Assembly (NCBI GenBank): GCA_002269645.1 | Contig: NIVC01002686.1 | Location: forward strand, 85,836-149,835 | Reading direction: 5' to 3' | DNA length: 64,000 nucleotides | Source: Macrostomum lignano | Lineage: Eukaryota | Program-made: the position numbers and the translations under genes | Shown: piece by piece, positions 46,901-60,344 of the stretch | Numbering within the stretch: the first letter of the stretch is position 1 | Layout: every line of letters starts with the position of its first letter | Notes under the pieces: model-generated | What the model saw: the letters and a program-made list of their open reading frames with translations, nothing else | Databases searched by the model: none | Told to the model about the DNA's origin: nothing

Positions 46901-49900
46901 GATAGTACTGGCGCTCGTCTCTGACCACCTGGCCGCGATGGTTGGTGGCAGGTATAGTGTGGATTCTTCAGGGTAGGGGTGGATTCTTCAGGGTAGGGGC
47001 GGATTCTTCAGGGTAGGTGTGGATTCTTCAGGATAGGGGTGGATTCTTCAGGGTAGGGGCGGATTCTTCGGGTAGGGGCGGATTCTTCAGGATAGGGGTG
47101 GATTCTTCAGGGTAGGGGCGGATTCTTCAGGGTAGGGGCGGATTCTTCGGGTAGGGGCGGATTCTTCGGGGTAGGGGCGGATTCTTCAGAATAGGGGTGG
47201 ATTCTTCAGGGTAGGGGTGGATTCTTCAGGGTAGGGGCGGATTCTTCAGGGTAGGTGTGGATTCTTCAGGATAGGGGTGGATTCTTCAGGGTAGGGGCGG
47301 ATTCTTCGGGGTAGGGGCGGATTCTTCAGGGTAGGGGCGGATTTTTCAGGATAGGGGTGGATTCTTCAGGGTAGGGGCGGATTCTTCGGGTAGGGGCGGA
47401 TTCTTCAGGATAGGGGTGGATTCTTCAGGGTAGGGGCGGATTCTTCAGGGTAGGGGCGGATTCTTCAGGGTAGGGGCGGATTCTTCGGGGTAGGGGCGGA
47501 TTTTTCAGGATAGGGGTGGATTCTTCAGGATAGGGGTGGATTCTTCAGAGTAGGGGCGGATTCTTCAGGGTAGGGGCGGATTCTTCAGGGTAGGGGCGGA
47601 TTCTTCAGGGTAGGGGCGGATTCTTCAGGGTAGGGGCGGATTCTTCGGGGTAGGGGCGGATTCTTCAGGGTAGGGGCGGATTTTTCAGGATAGGGGTGGA
47701 TTCTTCAGGGTAGGGGCGGATTCTTCGGGTAGGGGCGGATTCTTCAGGGTAGGGGCGGATTTTTCAGGATAGGGGTGGATTCTTCAGGGTAGGGGCGGAT
47801 TCTTCGGGGTAGGGGCGGATTCTTCAGGATAGGGGTGGATTCTTCAGGGTAGGGGCGGATTCTTCAGGGTAGGGGCGGATTCTTCAGGGTAGGGGCGGAT
47901 TCTTCGGGGTAGGGGCGGATTTTTCAGGATAGGGGTGGATTCTTCAGGATAGGGGTGGATTCTTCAGAGTAGGGGCGGATTCTTCAGGGTAGGGGCGGAT
48001 TCTTCAGGGTAGGGGCGGATTCTTCAGGGTAGGGGCGGATTCTTCAGGGTAGGGGCGGATTCTTCGGGTAGGGGCGGATTCTTCAGGGTAGGGGCGGATT
48101 TTTCAGGATAGGGGTGGATTCTTCAGGGTAGGGGCGGATTCTTCGGGGTAGGGGCGGATTCTTCAGGATAGGGGCGGATTCTTCAGGGTAGGGGCGGATT
48201 CTTCAGGGTAGGGGCGATCTTACAACTGTCGATCCCCTTATCACCTCCATCAGCGCCTGCCAGGTCTCCCGGCTGTGAAAACAAGGCTGGCAGAGGGCCC
48301 TGCAGGCGGCCATCTGGCTGGCAACGCATCTCTCGTAGCGCAGCAGTAGGTGCCACATTGGCTCGGGCTGCACAATTTCCACGTGTCGGATAAGCTGCAT
48401 CTCGGGATCGACTCGCAGCCACAGCAGCGAACAGTCCGACTCCAGTTTGCCCAGATCCGGATCTTCCAGTTCGTCTCCGTTGCTAAGCAACACTTTGCGA
48501 CGCTTAATTTTGCGACTTTTAGTGTGACAGGGCAGGTCGCTGACGGCTGCCGATTCGTCCAGCTTCAGCGTGTGCGTGAACGGCCCGTCCAGCTCCTGCA
48601 GGCTCACCGCCACCGCGCCCGTGTAGCGCCTGCGACGGCCGCCGCCGCCTCCGCCGCCACCAGATGCCGCAACTGGCGGGTCGTCGCGAATCTCCAGTGC
48701 GATGAGGTTGCGCTTCTTATTAATTGAGAAGCTGGCCCTGAGGCGAGCGTGGCCGGGCTGGGTGACCCACTGGTCCAGCAGGTACTGCATGTTCTTGCCG
48801 GTGAGGGCCAGGATCAGGTCTAGCAGCGCCTGGCTGGATAGCAGGAAGGCCGGCCGCCAGCTCTGCTCTGTGCCGGGCTGCAGCGGCTGCTGCTGCAAAC
48901 TGGGATCGTATGAGCTGGCCAGGGTGATCAGCTTGTTGAGTACGTACTGCAGTACCTGAGGGTTGGGGGGATGGGCAGGTTTTGTACATTTTGATATATT
49001 CTGAGCGACAATTCAGCGATCTCAGCGACAATCTGAGCCGCAATCTCAGTAATAACTCCAGCAACAATCTAAGCGACAATTCTAGCGACAATCTCAGTGA
49101 CAATTCTAGCGACAATCTGAGCGACAATTCTAGCGACAATCTCAGTGACAATTCTAGCGACAATCTGAACGACAATTCTAGCGACAATCTGAGCGACAAT
49201 TCTAGCGACAATCTGAGCGACAATTCTAGCGACAATCTCATGGACAATTTGAGCAAAAATCTGAGCGACAATCTCAATTTATATAAGCGACAATCTGAGC
49301 GACAATCCCAATTTATATGAGCGACAATCTGAGCGACAATCTCATCGAAAATCTGAGTGACAATCTCATCGATAATCTGAACGACAATCTCATCGACAAT
49401 CTGAGCGACAATCTCACTGAAAATCTGAGCGACAATCTCATCGATAATCTAAGCGACAATCTCACTGACAATCTGAGCGACAATCTCATCGATAATCTGA
49501 GCGACAATCTAATCGAAAAGCTCAGCCACAATCTGAGCGACAATCTCATCGATAATCTGAGCGACAATCTAATCGAAAAGCTCAGCGACAATCTGAGCGA
49601 CAATCTCATCGATAATCTGAGCGACAATCTAATCGAAAAGCTCAGCCACAATCTGAGCGACAATCTCATCGATAATCTGAGCGACAATCTAATCGAAAAG
49701 CTCAGCGACAATCTGAGCGACAATCTCATCGATAATCTGAGCGACAATCTAATCGAAAAGCTCAGCGACAATCTGAGCGACAATCTCATCGATAATCTGA
49801 GCGACAATCTAATCGAAAAGCTCAGCGACAATCTGATCGAGCGACAATCTCATCGATAATCTGAGCGACAATCTAATCGAAAAGCTCAGCGACAATCTGA

Positions 49901-51567
49901 GTGATAATCTCATCGATAATCTGAGCGACAATCTAATCGAAAAGCTCAGCGACAATCTGAGCGACAATCTCAGTTATATGAGCGACAATCTGAGCGACGA
50001 TCTCAGCTAAGAAAAAAACATTTTTCTAGTTTTTACCTCCTCGCCCAGCTTGCAGCCTAGAAGCCGGATAACAAGCATAGCTTTGCTCCTATAGATAGCC
50101 GCATAATCCGGCGGCACAGTCTGAGGGAAGCGCAAACAGAACGGAGTCACGGCTGATTGCTTGTCCGGTCCGGCAGCGCCGCTAGGATCCAGCAGCACCT
50201 CGTGCCTAGTAGACTCGTAGTGGCACACCTGGCTCATCTGATCCGATATGTAGTTTCGGTACTCATTGTGGCCGAATACTTTGCGCTGATAGAGTGCGGC
50301 TATGTGACCCGAGATGCCCTGCGGTAGCCAGGCGTCGCTGAATGTCTGCATGCCGATGTAGCAGCCTGTAGCGGCGAGGGAATTATACATTATATAGTAG
50401 CTAATTAAGCCGGTAACTGACCCTCAGAGTGGGGGCTCTATCCATTTTCTTTTTCAATTCTTTCTTTCTTAATTTTTCTTTCTTTCCCTTTTCTTTTCTT
50501 TTTCAATTTTCTGACCCCTCAGAGTGGGAAGCTCTATCCCTTCTGTGGACGGTTCTAACCCCTCTGACCCATCAGTGTGAGGTTCTATCCCCTCTGACCC
50601 CTCAGTGGGAGGCTCTATCCCCTCTGACCCCTCAGTGGGAGGCTCTATCCCCTCTGACCCCTCAGTGGGAGGCTCTATCCCCTCTGACCCCTTAGTTGGA
50701 GGTTCTATACCCTCTGACCCCTCAGTGGGAGGCTCTATCCCCTCTGACCCCTTAGTTGGAGGTTCTATCCCCTCTGACCCCTCAGTGGGGACTCTATCCC
50801 CTCTGACCCCTCAGTGGGAGGCTCTATCTCCTCTGACCCCTCAGTTGGAGGCTCTATCCCCTCTGACCCCTCAGTGGGAGGCTCTATCCCCTCTGACTTC
50901 TCAGTGGGAGGCTCTATCTCCTCTGACCCGTCAGTGGGAGGCTATCCTCTCTTATGTGTTCAGTGCGAGATTTTTGTGACTCTACCGACTCTCATCCTTC
51001 AGACCTATCAGTGAATACTAGCTCCTATATCCTTGAGTGGTCACCTCTATCATAAGAGCCTCTAACAGCCGCCAGCTTGTCTAAGTATCCGAGGCTCTCT
51101 TGAAACAAATAAAGTCTTTTCGACTTGAAAAGGACACAAGGAACTATGTAAATACAAGCTGGCAACAGAGAGTCGTACAATTGCAATCGTAAATTATTAG
51201 ATCAATTTTGAACTCTTAGCGGCCCGGCCGTGCTTATCTGTACTCCCCACAGTGCAGCTCTGCAGCTCTCCGCTTCCGGGTAGCGGAATAGCCAACAATT
51301 CTTAGCTATAAATTATAATCATCTCAGAGTTTGTAATCGGCAAGTTTTTTAACTTTAAATCGGCCTCTTTCTATCCGAAATTTTATCTATTTTTATTGCA
51401 GAAACTGTTGCTGGCAAACATGGGAAGAGATAAACAATATAACTGATTTATGCTATTAGTGATTTCAATTTTGAGTGCTTAAGTAGTTCCCAGGATGAAC
51501 ATAATCTTTATCATAAAATTTTTTACGTGTCTGTCAGAGTGTCTGTCTGTCTGTCTGTCTGTCTGAC

Positions 51568-51604
<37 letters not shown>

Positions 51605-51619
51605 GACTGGCTGTCTGTG

Positions 51620-51660
<41 letters not shown>

Positions 51661-51683
51661 GACTGTCTGTCTGGCTGTCTGTG

Positions 51684-51776
<93 letters not shown>

Positions 51777-53813
51777 GCCTGCCTGCCTGCCTGCCTGTCT
51801 GTCTGTCTGTCTGTCTGTCTGTTCCTGCCTGTCTGTCTGTCTTCCTGTCTCAGCGAACCCACCAAAAAACTGCTGCGCCAGCGCCAGTGCCAGCGCCCGC
51901 CGGGACTCGATGGCCTGGTCGACAATGCGGGCCGAGTGCAGCAGGCTGACGGAGGCGAGGATCACGGAGGCATAGGACTGCACAGTCTCGTAGGCTTGGT
52001 CAACAAACACCAGTTTAAGCGAGCCGTAGGGCAGCCGGACTCCCAGCAGAGACTCGTAGAATGCCAGACAGTCAGGCAGCCGGGAGACTGTATGCTTCAT
52101 CAGAGAGGCAAGCGGAGGCGGACAAAAATAAGAGGCGGTAGCGCCGGACAGAGGCGGCCCAGTCTCCAATTCGAAGGCGCCAATAGCGAAGCCGATATTT
52201 GGCGCGCAGGTTGGCTGGGCCAGAAAGTAACGATAAGTCTTGGATTGCAGGTCCTGGGTGTAGACAGTCTCGAGTAGGTCGCCGGGCGCCACGGCGACCA
52301 TGTCCTCGGGCACGGTGATCTCGAGGCGCCACTGGCACAGCTCGCTGCAGGAGTCAATGCAGGGCAGCCAGAGCCGGGTTGAGTTGCCCGTAGCCGAGGT
52401 GAAGCAGTGGGCGCTGCGCATGTCAACTTCGCCATCTTCGCCCAGAGGCGAGCAGAAGTACAGGCCGGCTTGCGGCTGCTGCAGAGAGAATTCCACTGTG
52501 ATGCGCAGCTGGCGGCCCTGCGGACGGAATGGGGAGGATACAGCTAACGCTTGTTAACGCTTGCAATGCCAGACTGCACTGCCAGGCTTAGGAATGGCAG
52601 TATCAGGGATAGGAATGGCACCGTCAGGGATAGGAATGGCACCGTCAGGGATAGGAATGGCACTGCCAGGGATAGGAATGGCACTGTCAGGCATAGGAAT
52701 GGCACTGTCAGGGATAGGAATGGCACTGTCAGGCATAGGAATGGCACTGCCAGGGATAGGAATGGCACTGTCAGGGATAGGAATGGCACCGTCAGGGATA
52801 GGAATGGCACTGCCAGGCATAGGAATGGCAGTGTCAGGGTTAGGAATAGCAGTGTCAGTGCCAGGAATAGCAGTGTCAGTGCCAGGAATAGCAGTGTCAG
52901 TGCCAGGAATAGCAGTGTCAGTGCCAGGAATAGCAGTGTCAGTGCCAGGAATAGCAGTGTCAGTGCCAGGAATAGCAGTGTCAGTGCCAGGAATAGCAGT
53001 GTCAGTGCCAGGAATAGCAGTGTCAGTGCCAGGAATAGCAGTGTCAGTGTCAGGAATAGCAGTGTCAGTGCCAAGAATAGCAGTGTCAGTGCCAGGAATA
53101 GCAGTGTCAGTGCCAGGAATAGCAGTGTCAGTGCCAGGAATAGCAGTGTCAGTGCCAGGAATAGCAGTGTCAGTGCCAGGAATAGCAGTGTCAGTGCCAG
53201 GAATAGCAGTGTCAGTGCCAGGAATAGCAGTGTCAGTGCCAGGAATAGCAGTGTCAGTGCCAGGAATAGCAGTGTCAGTGCCAGGAATAGCAGTGTCAGT
53301 GTCAGGAATAGCAGTGTCAGTGCCAAGAATAGCAGTGTCAGTGCCAGGAATAGCAGTGTCAGTGCCAGGAATAGCAGTGTCAGTGCCAGGAATAGCAGTG
53401 TCAGTGACAGGTCTCACCTGAGAAACGGCAGGCCACAGGTCCTGAGGCAGGGGCACGAGAATCTCGCCATTATTAGAATCAGGATCAACAGAACCAACAG
53501 CCAGCTCGTGTCGCTGCTCAAAGAAAGCCAGATTCCTCTGCTTCATCTCTGCCCGACAGATCTCCATTGTCGGATCGTTGAAAGCAAACGAGGCCTCCAT
53601 AGCGGTCTGCTGATGACCCCTGGAATCAGGCAGTGTCTCTAGCCAGATGGAGTACACTGTGCACTGCTTGCAGTTGAGCTTCACCTTACGAAGCTGCGGA
53701 GTAAGCGGCTGCAACAGCAGCTCTGTGTAGCCCACTATAGACTTCGTGCGGAAGCTGATGGACTTGATGCACACAGTCTGCTGGCACAGGTTGTAGGGCC
53801 GGGCGCTCTGCAT
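43933..53813 (-). CDS. TAF2: Transcription initiation factor TFIID subunit 2, ~1144 aa, 7 exons
   Basis: Exons 53813-53418, 52517-51863, 50365-50037, 48955-48245, 46928-46497, 45521-45058, 44380-43933, all phase-consistent; [30 protein letters not shown]...[32 protein letters not shown] match TAF2 as recalled. Confidence 0.95.
44400..45000. repeat. Degenerate 23-bp repeats in TAF2 intron 6, interrupted by a unique GC-rich block
   Basis: gggtgagattggggcgattctca. Confidence 0.8.
45555..46465. repeat. 26-27-bp minisatellite, TAF2 intron 5
   Basis: ctcactgacattcccgatccgccccct. Confidence 0.93.
46960..48218 (+). repeat. 20-bp G-rich minisatellite, TAF2 intron 4
   Basis: ggattcttcagggtaggggc, ~62 copies. 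Confidence 0.96.
48995..50005. repeat. 12-bp minisatellite with a 60-bp higher-order unit, TAF2 intron 3
   Basis: gcgacaatctga core. Confidence 0.93.
50410..50945. repeat. 30-bp minisatellite, TAF2 intron 2
   Basis: ctctatcccctctgacccctcagtgggagg. Confidence 0.92.
51530..51848. repeat. (GTCT)n microsatellite
   Basis: Tetranucleotide run beginning just inside the TAF2 intron 2 donor. Confidence 0.97.
52590..53405. repeat. 21-bp minisatellite, TAF2 intron 1
   Basis: ggaatagcagtgtcagtgcca grading into ggaatggcactgtcagggata. Confidence 0.96.
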
Positions 53814-53864
53814 CTTGGAGAGCAGCGCACCCGCTGGAGTGGGCAGACGGCTGAGATGGCTGTA

Positions 53865-54205
53865 CAGTGCCAGGAACTGTGTCTATACAGTGGCTGTACA
53901 GTGTCTATGCAGTGTCTATGCAGTGTCTATACAGTGTCTATGCAGTGTCTATGCAGTGTCTATGCAGTGTCTATGCAGTGTCTATACAGTGTCTATGCAG
54001 TGTCTATGCAGTGTCTATGCAGTGTCTATGCAGTGTCTATGCAGTGTCTATACAGTGTCTATACAGTGTCTATACAGTGTCTATGCAGTGTCTATGCAGT
54101 GTCTATACAGTGTCTATGCAGTGTCTATGTAGTGTCTATGCAGTGTCTATACAGTGTCTATGCAGTGTCTATACAGTGTCTATGCAGTGTCTATGCAGTG
54201 TCGAT
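53865..54205. repeat. 11-bp minisatellite
   Basis: gcagtgtctat, ~30 copies. Confidence 0.95.
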
Positions 54206-54699
54206 ACAGGGTCTAAAAACAAATGAGAAAGCAAAGAAGTCAATACAACTGAATACAAACCATTTTCACTTTAATCCTGTTTAGTACTCATAAAAAGTTT
54301 TACACCAACAAACTGGATGGGTTGGTTACCAAAATGGCAAACAAACATAAAAGGATTATGTACGTCGTAGGTTAAAAGCGTAAAATTCAAATTATACGTA
54401 AAAAGCGAAACACAAAGCCCTAACAGAATAAGGCAAACAAGTTGAACAGATCCGATGGGAACAACGCAGACACAAAAATGTCAATTAATTAGTAATACTA
54501 AACACCTTTGAATGCTTTGAAAACAATCTATAGCTCGCAGATTGAATATTATTATTAACAAAAAGAGCATAACAGATGTCAACTTGAAATAAAAAATCAT
54601 AGCATGAACTTATGCTACTACTGCTGCGCATCATTTCTTTCGTATTTAAGTAGTATGAAATGCAAATACAAAGTAATGACTTCATTTATCCGATTATCA

Positions 54700-54968
54700 T
54701 CAGGCAGACAGGCTACCAAAGGACCACCAGGGAAACAGCAGGCAGACAGGCTACCAAAGGACCACCAGGGAAACAGCAGGCAGACAGGCTACCAAAGGAC
54801 CACCAGGGAAACAGCAGGCAGACAGGCTACCAAAGGACCACCAGGGAAACAGCAGGCAGACAGGCTACCAAAGGACCACCAGGGAAACAGCAGGCAGACA
54901 GGCTACCAAAGGACCACCAGGGAAACAGCAGGCAGACAGGCTACCAAAGGACCACCAGGGAAACAGCA
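54700..54968. repeat. 38-bp minisatellite, ~7 copies
   Basis: gcagacaggctaccaaaggaccaccagggaaacagcag. Confidence 0.95.
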
Positions 54969-54986
54969 GACATACAGCAGCACTCC

Positions 54987-57900
54987 CTAATTCCGCAGGT
55001 GGCCGGTGAGCGGGTCGAGGCCGCCCAGGCGGTACCGCTGATCCGCATACCGGGTGCTCCAGTCCGAACCAGAGCACGAATCAGTCAGGCCAACAATGCC
55101 CGGACAAGCGGCTGAAGAGGCGGCCGCACTGTCCGAGTGGCGGCAGACGGTCTCCAATCTGTAGCGCCTGGACAGCAGCCGGACAGCCAGCCGGATGTCC
55201 GGATTGGCCGCGGCGGATTCGGCCGGATTTCTATTAGCTAATCGAAGCTGAGCAATGGACGCGGCGGGTACGGCTTTGAACAGGGCCAGGTATTGTGGCG
55301 AATTAGGATCCGGCTTCACTAGCTGGTTGCTATGGGCATCGGAACCGGTTGGCAACAGGATGAACTCGGACTCAGCTACGGCGGATCCGACCGAAAGCGG
55401 CTGCTGTTCATCAAGAAGCAGCAGGCGCCAGACGCCGGGCTCCAGACTGCCGGGTGCCTGCAGATCGGTGCAGCCGACCTCCTTGGCTGTTGAATCCTCA
55501 GCCAGTAGCAGTTCCGGGACGCTGAGCTGGAAAGCCGATCGGATAGCGCCGTCCGGGTCCAGCAGCAGGAAGGTGGCCGTCACGGCCGGCCCCGGGCCCC
55601 AGGCGTAGCGCAGCTGCAGGCCGGAGTCGGCGGCCCGGCCGGCGGCCAGCAGGGACAAGCGGTCCCGGAAGAGGTCCTCTTTCCAATCATATTGGCGGCC
55701 AACCTGTCGAATAAGAATCATGCGAGACTCAAGAAAAGTTTTGAAGGCCAATTTTCCCTCAAAAGAACTAAAACTACAATAGATTACGAATGTGAATAGA
55801 GGCCAAGATATTGTGGTCTATGCAAACTTAAGACAGGTGTTTCGAAGGCCGATCATAGATGCTCAACAGTTCAATTAAGCGCATTTAGAATGGTTAGCAA
55901 CCATTTTGCACCAGGAACAATAAGTCTTAAAGATTCCCTGCATGGTCTGCATCAATAAACAGAGAAGTTTATTGTGAGCATTCCCCCAAGCTTTACAGCA
56001 AAAACTATTTTGGTCTCTGGTTGAGAACTTGCTCCAACTAAAGAATGCCTTTCAAGTAGCTGGTCACTCACTATACTCATACGGTCTATTAAAACGCACA
56101 ATTTATCCCGTTGAAAACGTCACCGAGACAAGAATCGCTAAAGAGTGATTGCAAACAACTCACTCAGTGACTCTAGCGACTCTTGGGGCGACTCTTGTGA
56201 CTTTTTAACGACTCAAACGACTGCAATGCGACGGAGAGGCGACTGTTGAATCACGAGCGCATCGCGTGATTTGCAGAGTCGTAATTAAAGAGTCGCGAAA
56301 GAAGTCGTTCAAGAGCCGTTGTGTTGGCGCTTAACTTTCTACTAACATAAGTAGACTAAATAGAGTTGTGTTATAAATGCGAAATGCGATTCTAATTCAT
56401 TAAGTGACGCAGATGTGCTTTAGACGCAACTCAGTGATTCTGCAGCGGCTCTGGCACGCCTCAGATACGCCTCTACGGCCCCAGGGTCATTATAGAGGCC
56501 CCCCAGAGTTGTTATATAGTTTCAGACAATACAACGCCTCAAAATGAGACTTTTAGGCGACACTTTGACAAGTTTTTGGCAATTTGTAACAGTGAACTCC
56601 CGTTTTAGAGTCATCTTGAGTCTCTTCTAACGACTCTGCGGTGACGCAAGTGACTCTGGGACGCTTCTTGACCTAGGAAGCATTTTCATCGGGCATTCGC
56701 TGCAATTCACCTCGAACTCCATAAACCTGGCGGCAATCACAGACTGGTAGGCCGACGTCAAAGATGACGCGTTGCCATGCGGTTGCTGCTTGGGGTGGAC
56801 AATCCGGACAGCTTGGCCGGACCCGATGCCAGACCGCAGGCTGAAGTGCGCGTCTAGCAGCATCGCCGCGTTGGTGCCGCCGCCGCCGCCGACACCGCCG
56901 CCAATCGAGGCGGTCAGCAAGGGACCCTGAAACGCGTCCTCCAGGTAGAACTCGGTCACTTCAACAGCGCGCACACTGTCGGGATCGAAGCCAGCCGGAC
57001 ACGTGCCGGACAGCAGTTCGGCGCAAAGCAGCCGAGTCAACAGTCGGCCAAAGGCGCTCTGCACCGGCGTCAGGCCTGGCGCCCCAGCTGTGAACGCGCT
57101 GAGCCAGTAGCGCGGCCGGCCGAGCTTGGCGCGCATTTCCCGGCCAGCGGCTCCACCGTGCCGCTGCTTCATCAATTCGGCGTAGGCGGCATCGACAGCC
57201 GACACGCTGATTGTTGGGTCGAATTTTCTGGCAAAGAAAGCGCCGTGACCACCGCTGCCGCTGCTGCTGGCGTAGGCGGCAGCCTCGGCGCCCCGGTAGA
57301 CCATGGGACTGCAGCCGCACCAGTCAGCCACCGGCAGGTGCTGGCACCGGCAGCCGCGCTTCCGGTCCCAATTAACCAAGCGGAGGTTGGCGTTGGCAAC
57401 CCGGCCGCATAGCTCAGTGTTCTGGGCGATGGTGTGGAACACAGACTCCACTGCGGGTTTGGATTGGTTGGGCCGTGCTGCTGTACTGCTGGAACTTGAG
57501 GATCTTGATCCCAAATCCAAGGATTTTGGTTATGAAATACAGGCCCTTAGGGATCGCAGAATGGGATTTCGATTTGAAGATACCGGGACATGGGATCTCG
57601 ACTACTCATATACATGTGAGGGTTTCGGTTCTAAAATCCCTGGAATTGGGATCTCAAACTGGGTGAGGATTTTAGCTCTAAAATCCCTGGATTTGGGATC
57701 TCAAACTGGGAGGGGATTTCGGCTCTAAAATCCCTGGATTTGGGATCTCAAACTGATTGGGGATTTCGGCACTAAAATCCCGGATTTGGGATCTCAAACT
57801 AAGTGAGGATTTTTCAGTTAAAAAATTCTAGGATTTGGGATTTCGATCCCTAACTTTAGAATTTTTCTGTCCTGAAACACAGGTACTTAGGGATATTTAC

Positions 57901-60217
57901 CCCTATAAGTTGGGGCCTTTAAAGGATCAGAGGATTTATCCCAGCAACTTCAGAATACTATAAATACAAAACATCGCACAAAGAGATTGATAACAGAAAC
58001 AGTTTTACAAACCTGGTAGCAGGCCGTATTTAAAATACTCCACAATATTGGTCACAATAGTGTGGTTATTATCCAGTCCGCTGATAACAAACTGTACAAA
58101 TTCTCTATTTAACGTCAGCCAATCAGAGCCGCCGTCGAACAGCAGGCCTTCTATTGGCTGCCGGCTGCCCAGAAAGTACATATGATTGTCGCACTGTACA
58201 AAGTAGCGCTCAATAGCTTGCTTGCGCATGAAATCGCTGTAGTTTCCTGAGTGCGAGGCCAAGAAGCTGAGATGCCTCATCTCGGTCAGGTAGGCGGTCA
58301 ACTGCCGATCCGGCCTAATAGGGAAATCCGACTCGCTCAGGTTGATTACGAAATCCCAGTGCCAATCGGTGCAGTTGAGCAGGTCGCGAAATGCTGCCAG
58401 CATCAGATCCAGGAGGCCTGTGCCGCCCCAGATGGTGGGGAAGCGGCGGCGCATTAGGCGCACGTTTGGGAATCTGGCAGCGGAGGCAGATTGAGGCGGG
58501 AGCGCGATTAATGTACCTAATGAGCTAATGGGAGCTAGATGAAGGTACCTAATGAGCCAATGAGAGCTAGATTAGTGTACCTAACTAGCTAATGGGGGTC
58601 ATTTCAGCTAGATTAGTGTACTTAACTAGCTAATGGGGGTCATTTCAGCTAGATTAGTGTACTTAACTAGCTAATGGGGTCATTTCAGCTAGATTAGTGT
58701 ACCTAACTAGCTAATGGGGGTCATTTCAGCTAGATTAGTGTACTTAACTAGCTAATGGGGTCATTTCAGCTAGATTAGTGTACCTAACTAGCTAATGGGG
58801 GTCATTTCAGCTAGATTAGTGTACCTAACTAGCTAATGGGGGTCATTTCAGCTAGATTAGTGTACTTAACTAGCTAATGGGGTCATTTCAGCTAGATTAG
58901 TGTACCTAACTAGCTAATGGGGTCATTTCAGCTAGATTAGTGTACCTAACTAGCTAATGGGGTCATTTCAGCTAGATTAGTGTACCTAACTAGCCAATGG
59001 GGTCATTTCAGCTAGATTAGTGTACCTAACTAGCTAATGGGGTCATTTCAGCTAGATTAGTGTGCCTAACTAGCTAATGGGGTCATTTCAGCTAGATTAG
59101 TGTACCTAACTAGCCAATGGGGTCATTTCAGCTAGATTAGTGTACCTAACTAGCTAATGGGGTCATTTCAGCTAGATTAGTGTACCTAACTAGCTAATGG
59201 GGTCATTTCAGCTAGATTAGTGTACCTAACTAGCCAATGGGGTCATGGGAGCTCGTAAATTAATGTACCTAATGAGCTACTGGGGTAGGTAGGTTCCGAT
59301 GATACCTTATTACCTACCTACCTAGAACCCTAAGATCAATCAAATAGTTCTCACCTGGCTTCCAGCGGCATCAGCGACTCGTACAGGAAATCGTCTCTAG
59401 AGTCCACATGTATATAGTAATAATGATTAACATAGTACACAGCCGATAACAGCCGCATTACCTGTCGCACACCCCTACCGCTGAGCGTCATCAGGTAGAC
59501 TAATCGAACTCGATCGTTCTCCCAGCTATAGGATTCGAACTCGGGACCGTAGGCAGGTGCGGTATGAGACACAAACAAAGAGCTAGCATTGAGCCCGGTT
59601 TGGCTAACCAGATAGTAACCATCTCTAATCGAAGCACCTGTGCAATTATAGCCAATAGCAGGTCGGCTGCAACCGTTGCCTAGCAACTGAAGACAGACGC
59701 AGTCCCGGTTGCTAATGCTAGCCAGCCGATAGCCGGCCGAGCGACATCTGGCCAAGCATTCGCCTCGCCGGCTCTCTGCCGGCATATTGTTCGTCCAACT
59801 GGCCGACGGAATCACTTCGCGCGGATACGGACAACTGTCCGACTGTAGCAGGCTGTGACAGGAAGTGGCCGGGCCAGAGCCGGACAGTAGTCTAGCCGGA
59901 CAGGCCTGTCCGACATGCCGCAGCCGGTATGGCAGCCGGCCAGACTCGAAGGCGCAAGCGACGCGCAGCAGCCGACGCCGGCACTCGGGCTGAGCTGCCC
60001 TGTCAACGGCATAGCGCGCCCGCTCGGAGCGGAGCCTGCAGCCATCGTCTGGCGACTCCGGTCCATCCGGCAGGCGCTCCCATTCGGCCAGCGGCTGTCC
60101 GGCGGCTCTGTCCGAATTAAATAACCAGTTTAAATGGCCGAGTAAGCAGAGACAGACGACAGACGCTAGTGCTGCTACTAATAGTAGGCCAAGATGCCTG
60201 CGTTTTGAGCCGCTCAT
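54987..60217 (-). CDS. XYLT: Xylosyltransferase (peptide O-xylosyltransferase, oxt/XYLT), ~926 aa, 4 exons
   Basis: Exons 60217-59355, 58473-58013, 57450-56711, 55703-54987; N-terminal TM anchor, WSC-like Cys motif, YYIHVDSR, TIWGG, WDFVINLSESDFP, DGGSDW, ESVFHT, NWDRKRGCRCQ..DWCGCSP, ARKFD. Confidence 0.95.
57540..57850. repeat. Degenerate 47-bp repeat, XYLT intron 2
   Basis: ctaaaatccc recurring at 57631, 57678, 57725. Confidence 0.8.
58505..59260. repeat. 40/41-bp minisatellite, XYLT intron 1
   Basis: gtcatttcagctagattagtgtacctaactagctaatgg(g)g. Confidence 0.95.
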
Positions 60218-60344
60218 AGTTCAAGCAGCGAGCAGGCATTAAATTAGATCATTGAGCGTGCCATGAGATGCAGCAAATGAATCTGAGACTGTTTATTGAT
60301 TGTTAGAGATATTATAACAATTTGATGAGTTCATAGAAGGCTAG

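Noticed and set aside
48203-48244. Alternative TAF2 donor GTT|GTAAGA adding VIRGSTV
   Set aside because: GAG|GTGATA gives a gap-free match to the recalled TAF2 alignment; the second site cannot be excluded but is unsupported
52554-53417. TAF2 isoform with a (TDTAIPG)n repeat domain
   Set aside because: Strong CAG|GTGAGA donor and a phase-matched acceptor at 52518; homology resumes only after the intron
56150-56330. GACTC/GAGTC-rich imperfect inverted repeat as a MITE in XYLT intron 3
   Set aside because: Too degenerate; no clear TIR or TSD
15630-59260. Branch-point-like CTAAT/CTGAC motifs in many intronic repeat units as a selected feature
   Set aside because: Orientation is inconsistent with the host gene strand (for example the 45555 array), and short motifs are expected by chance
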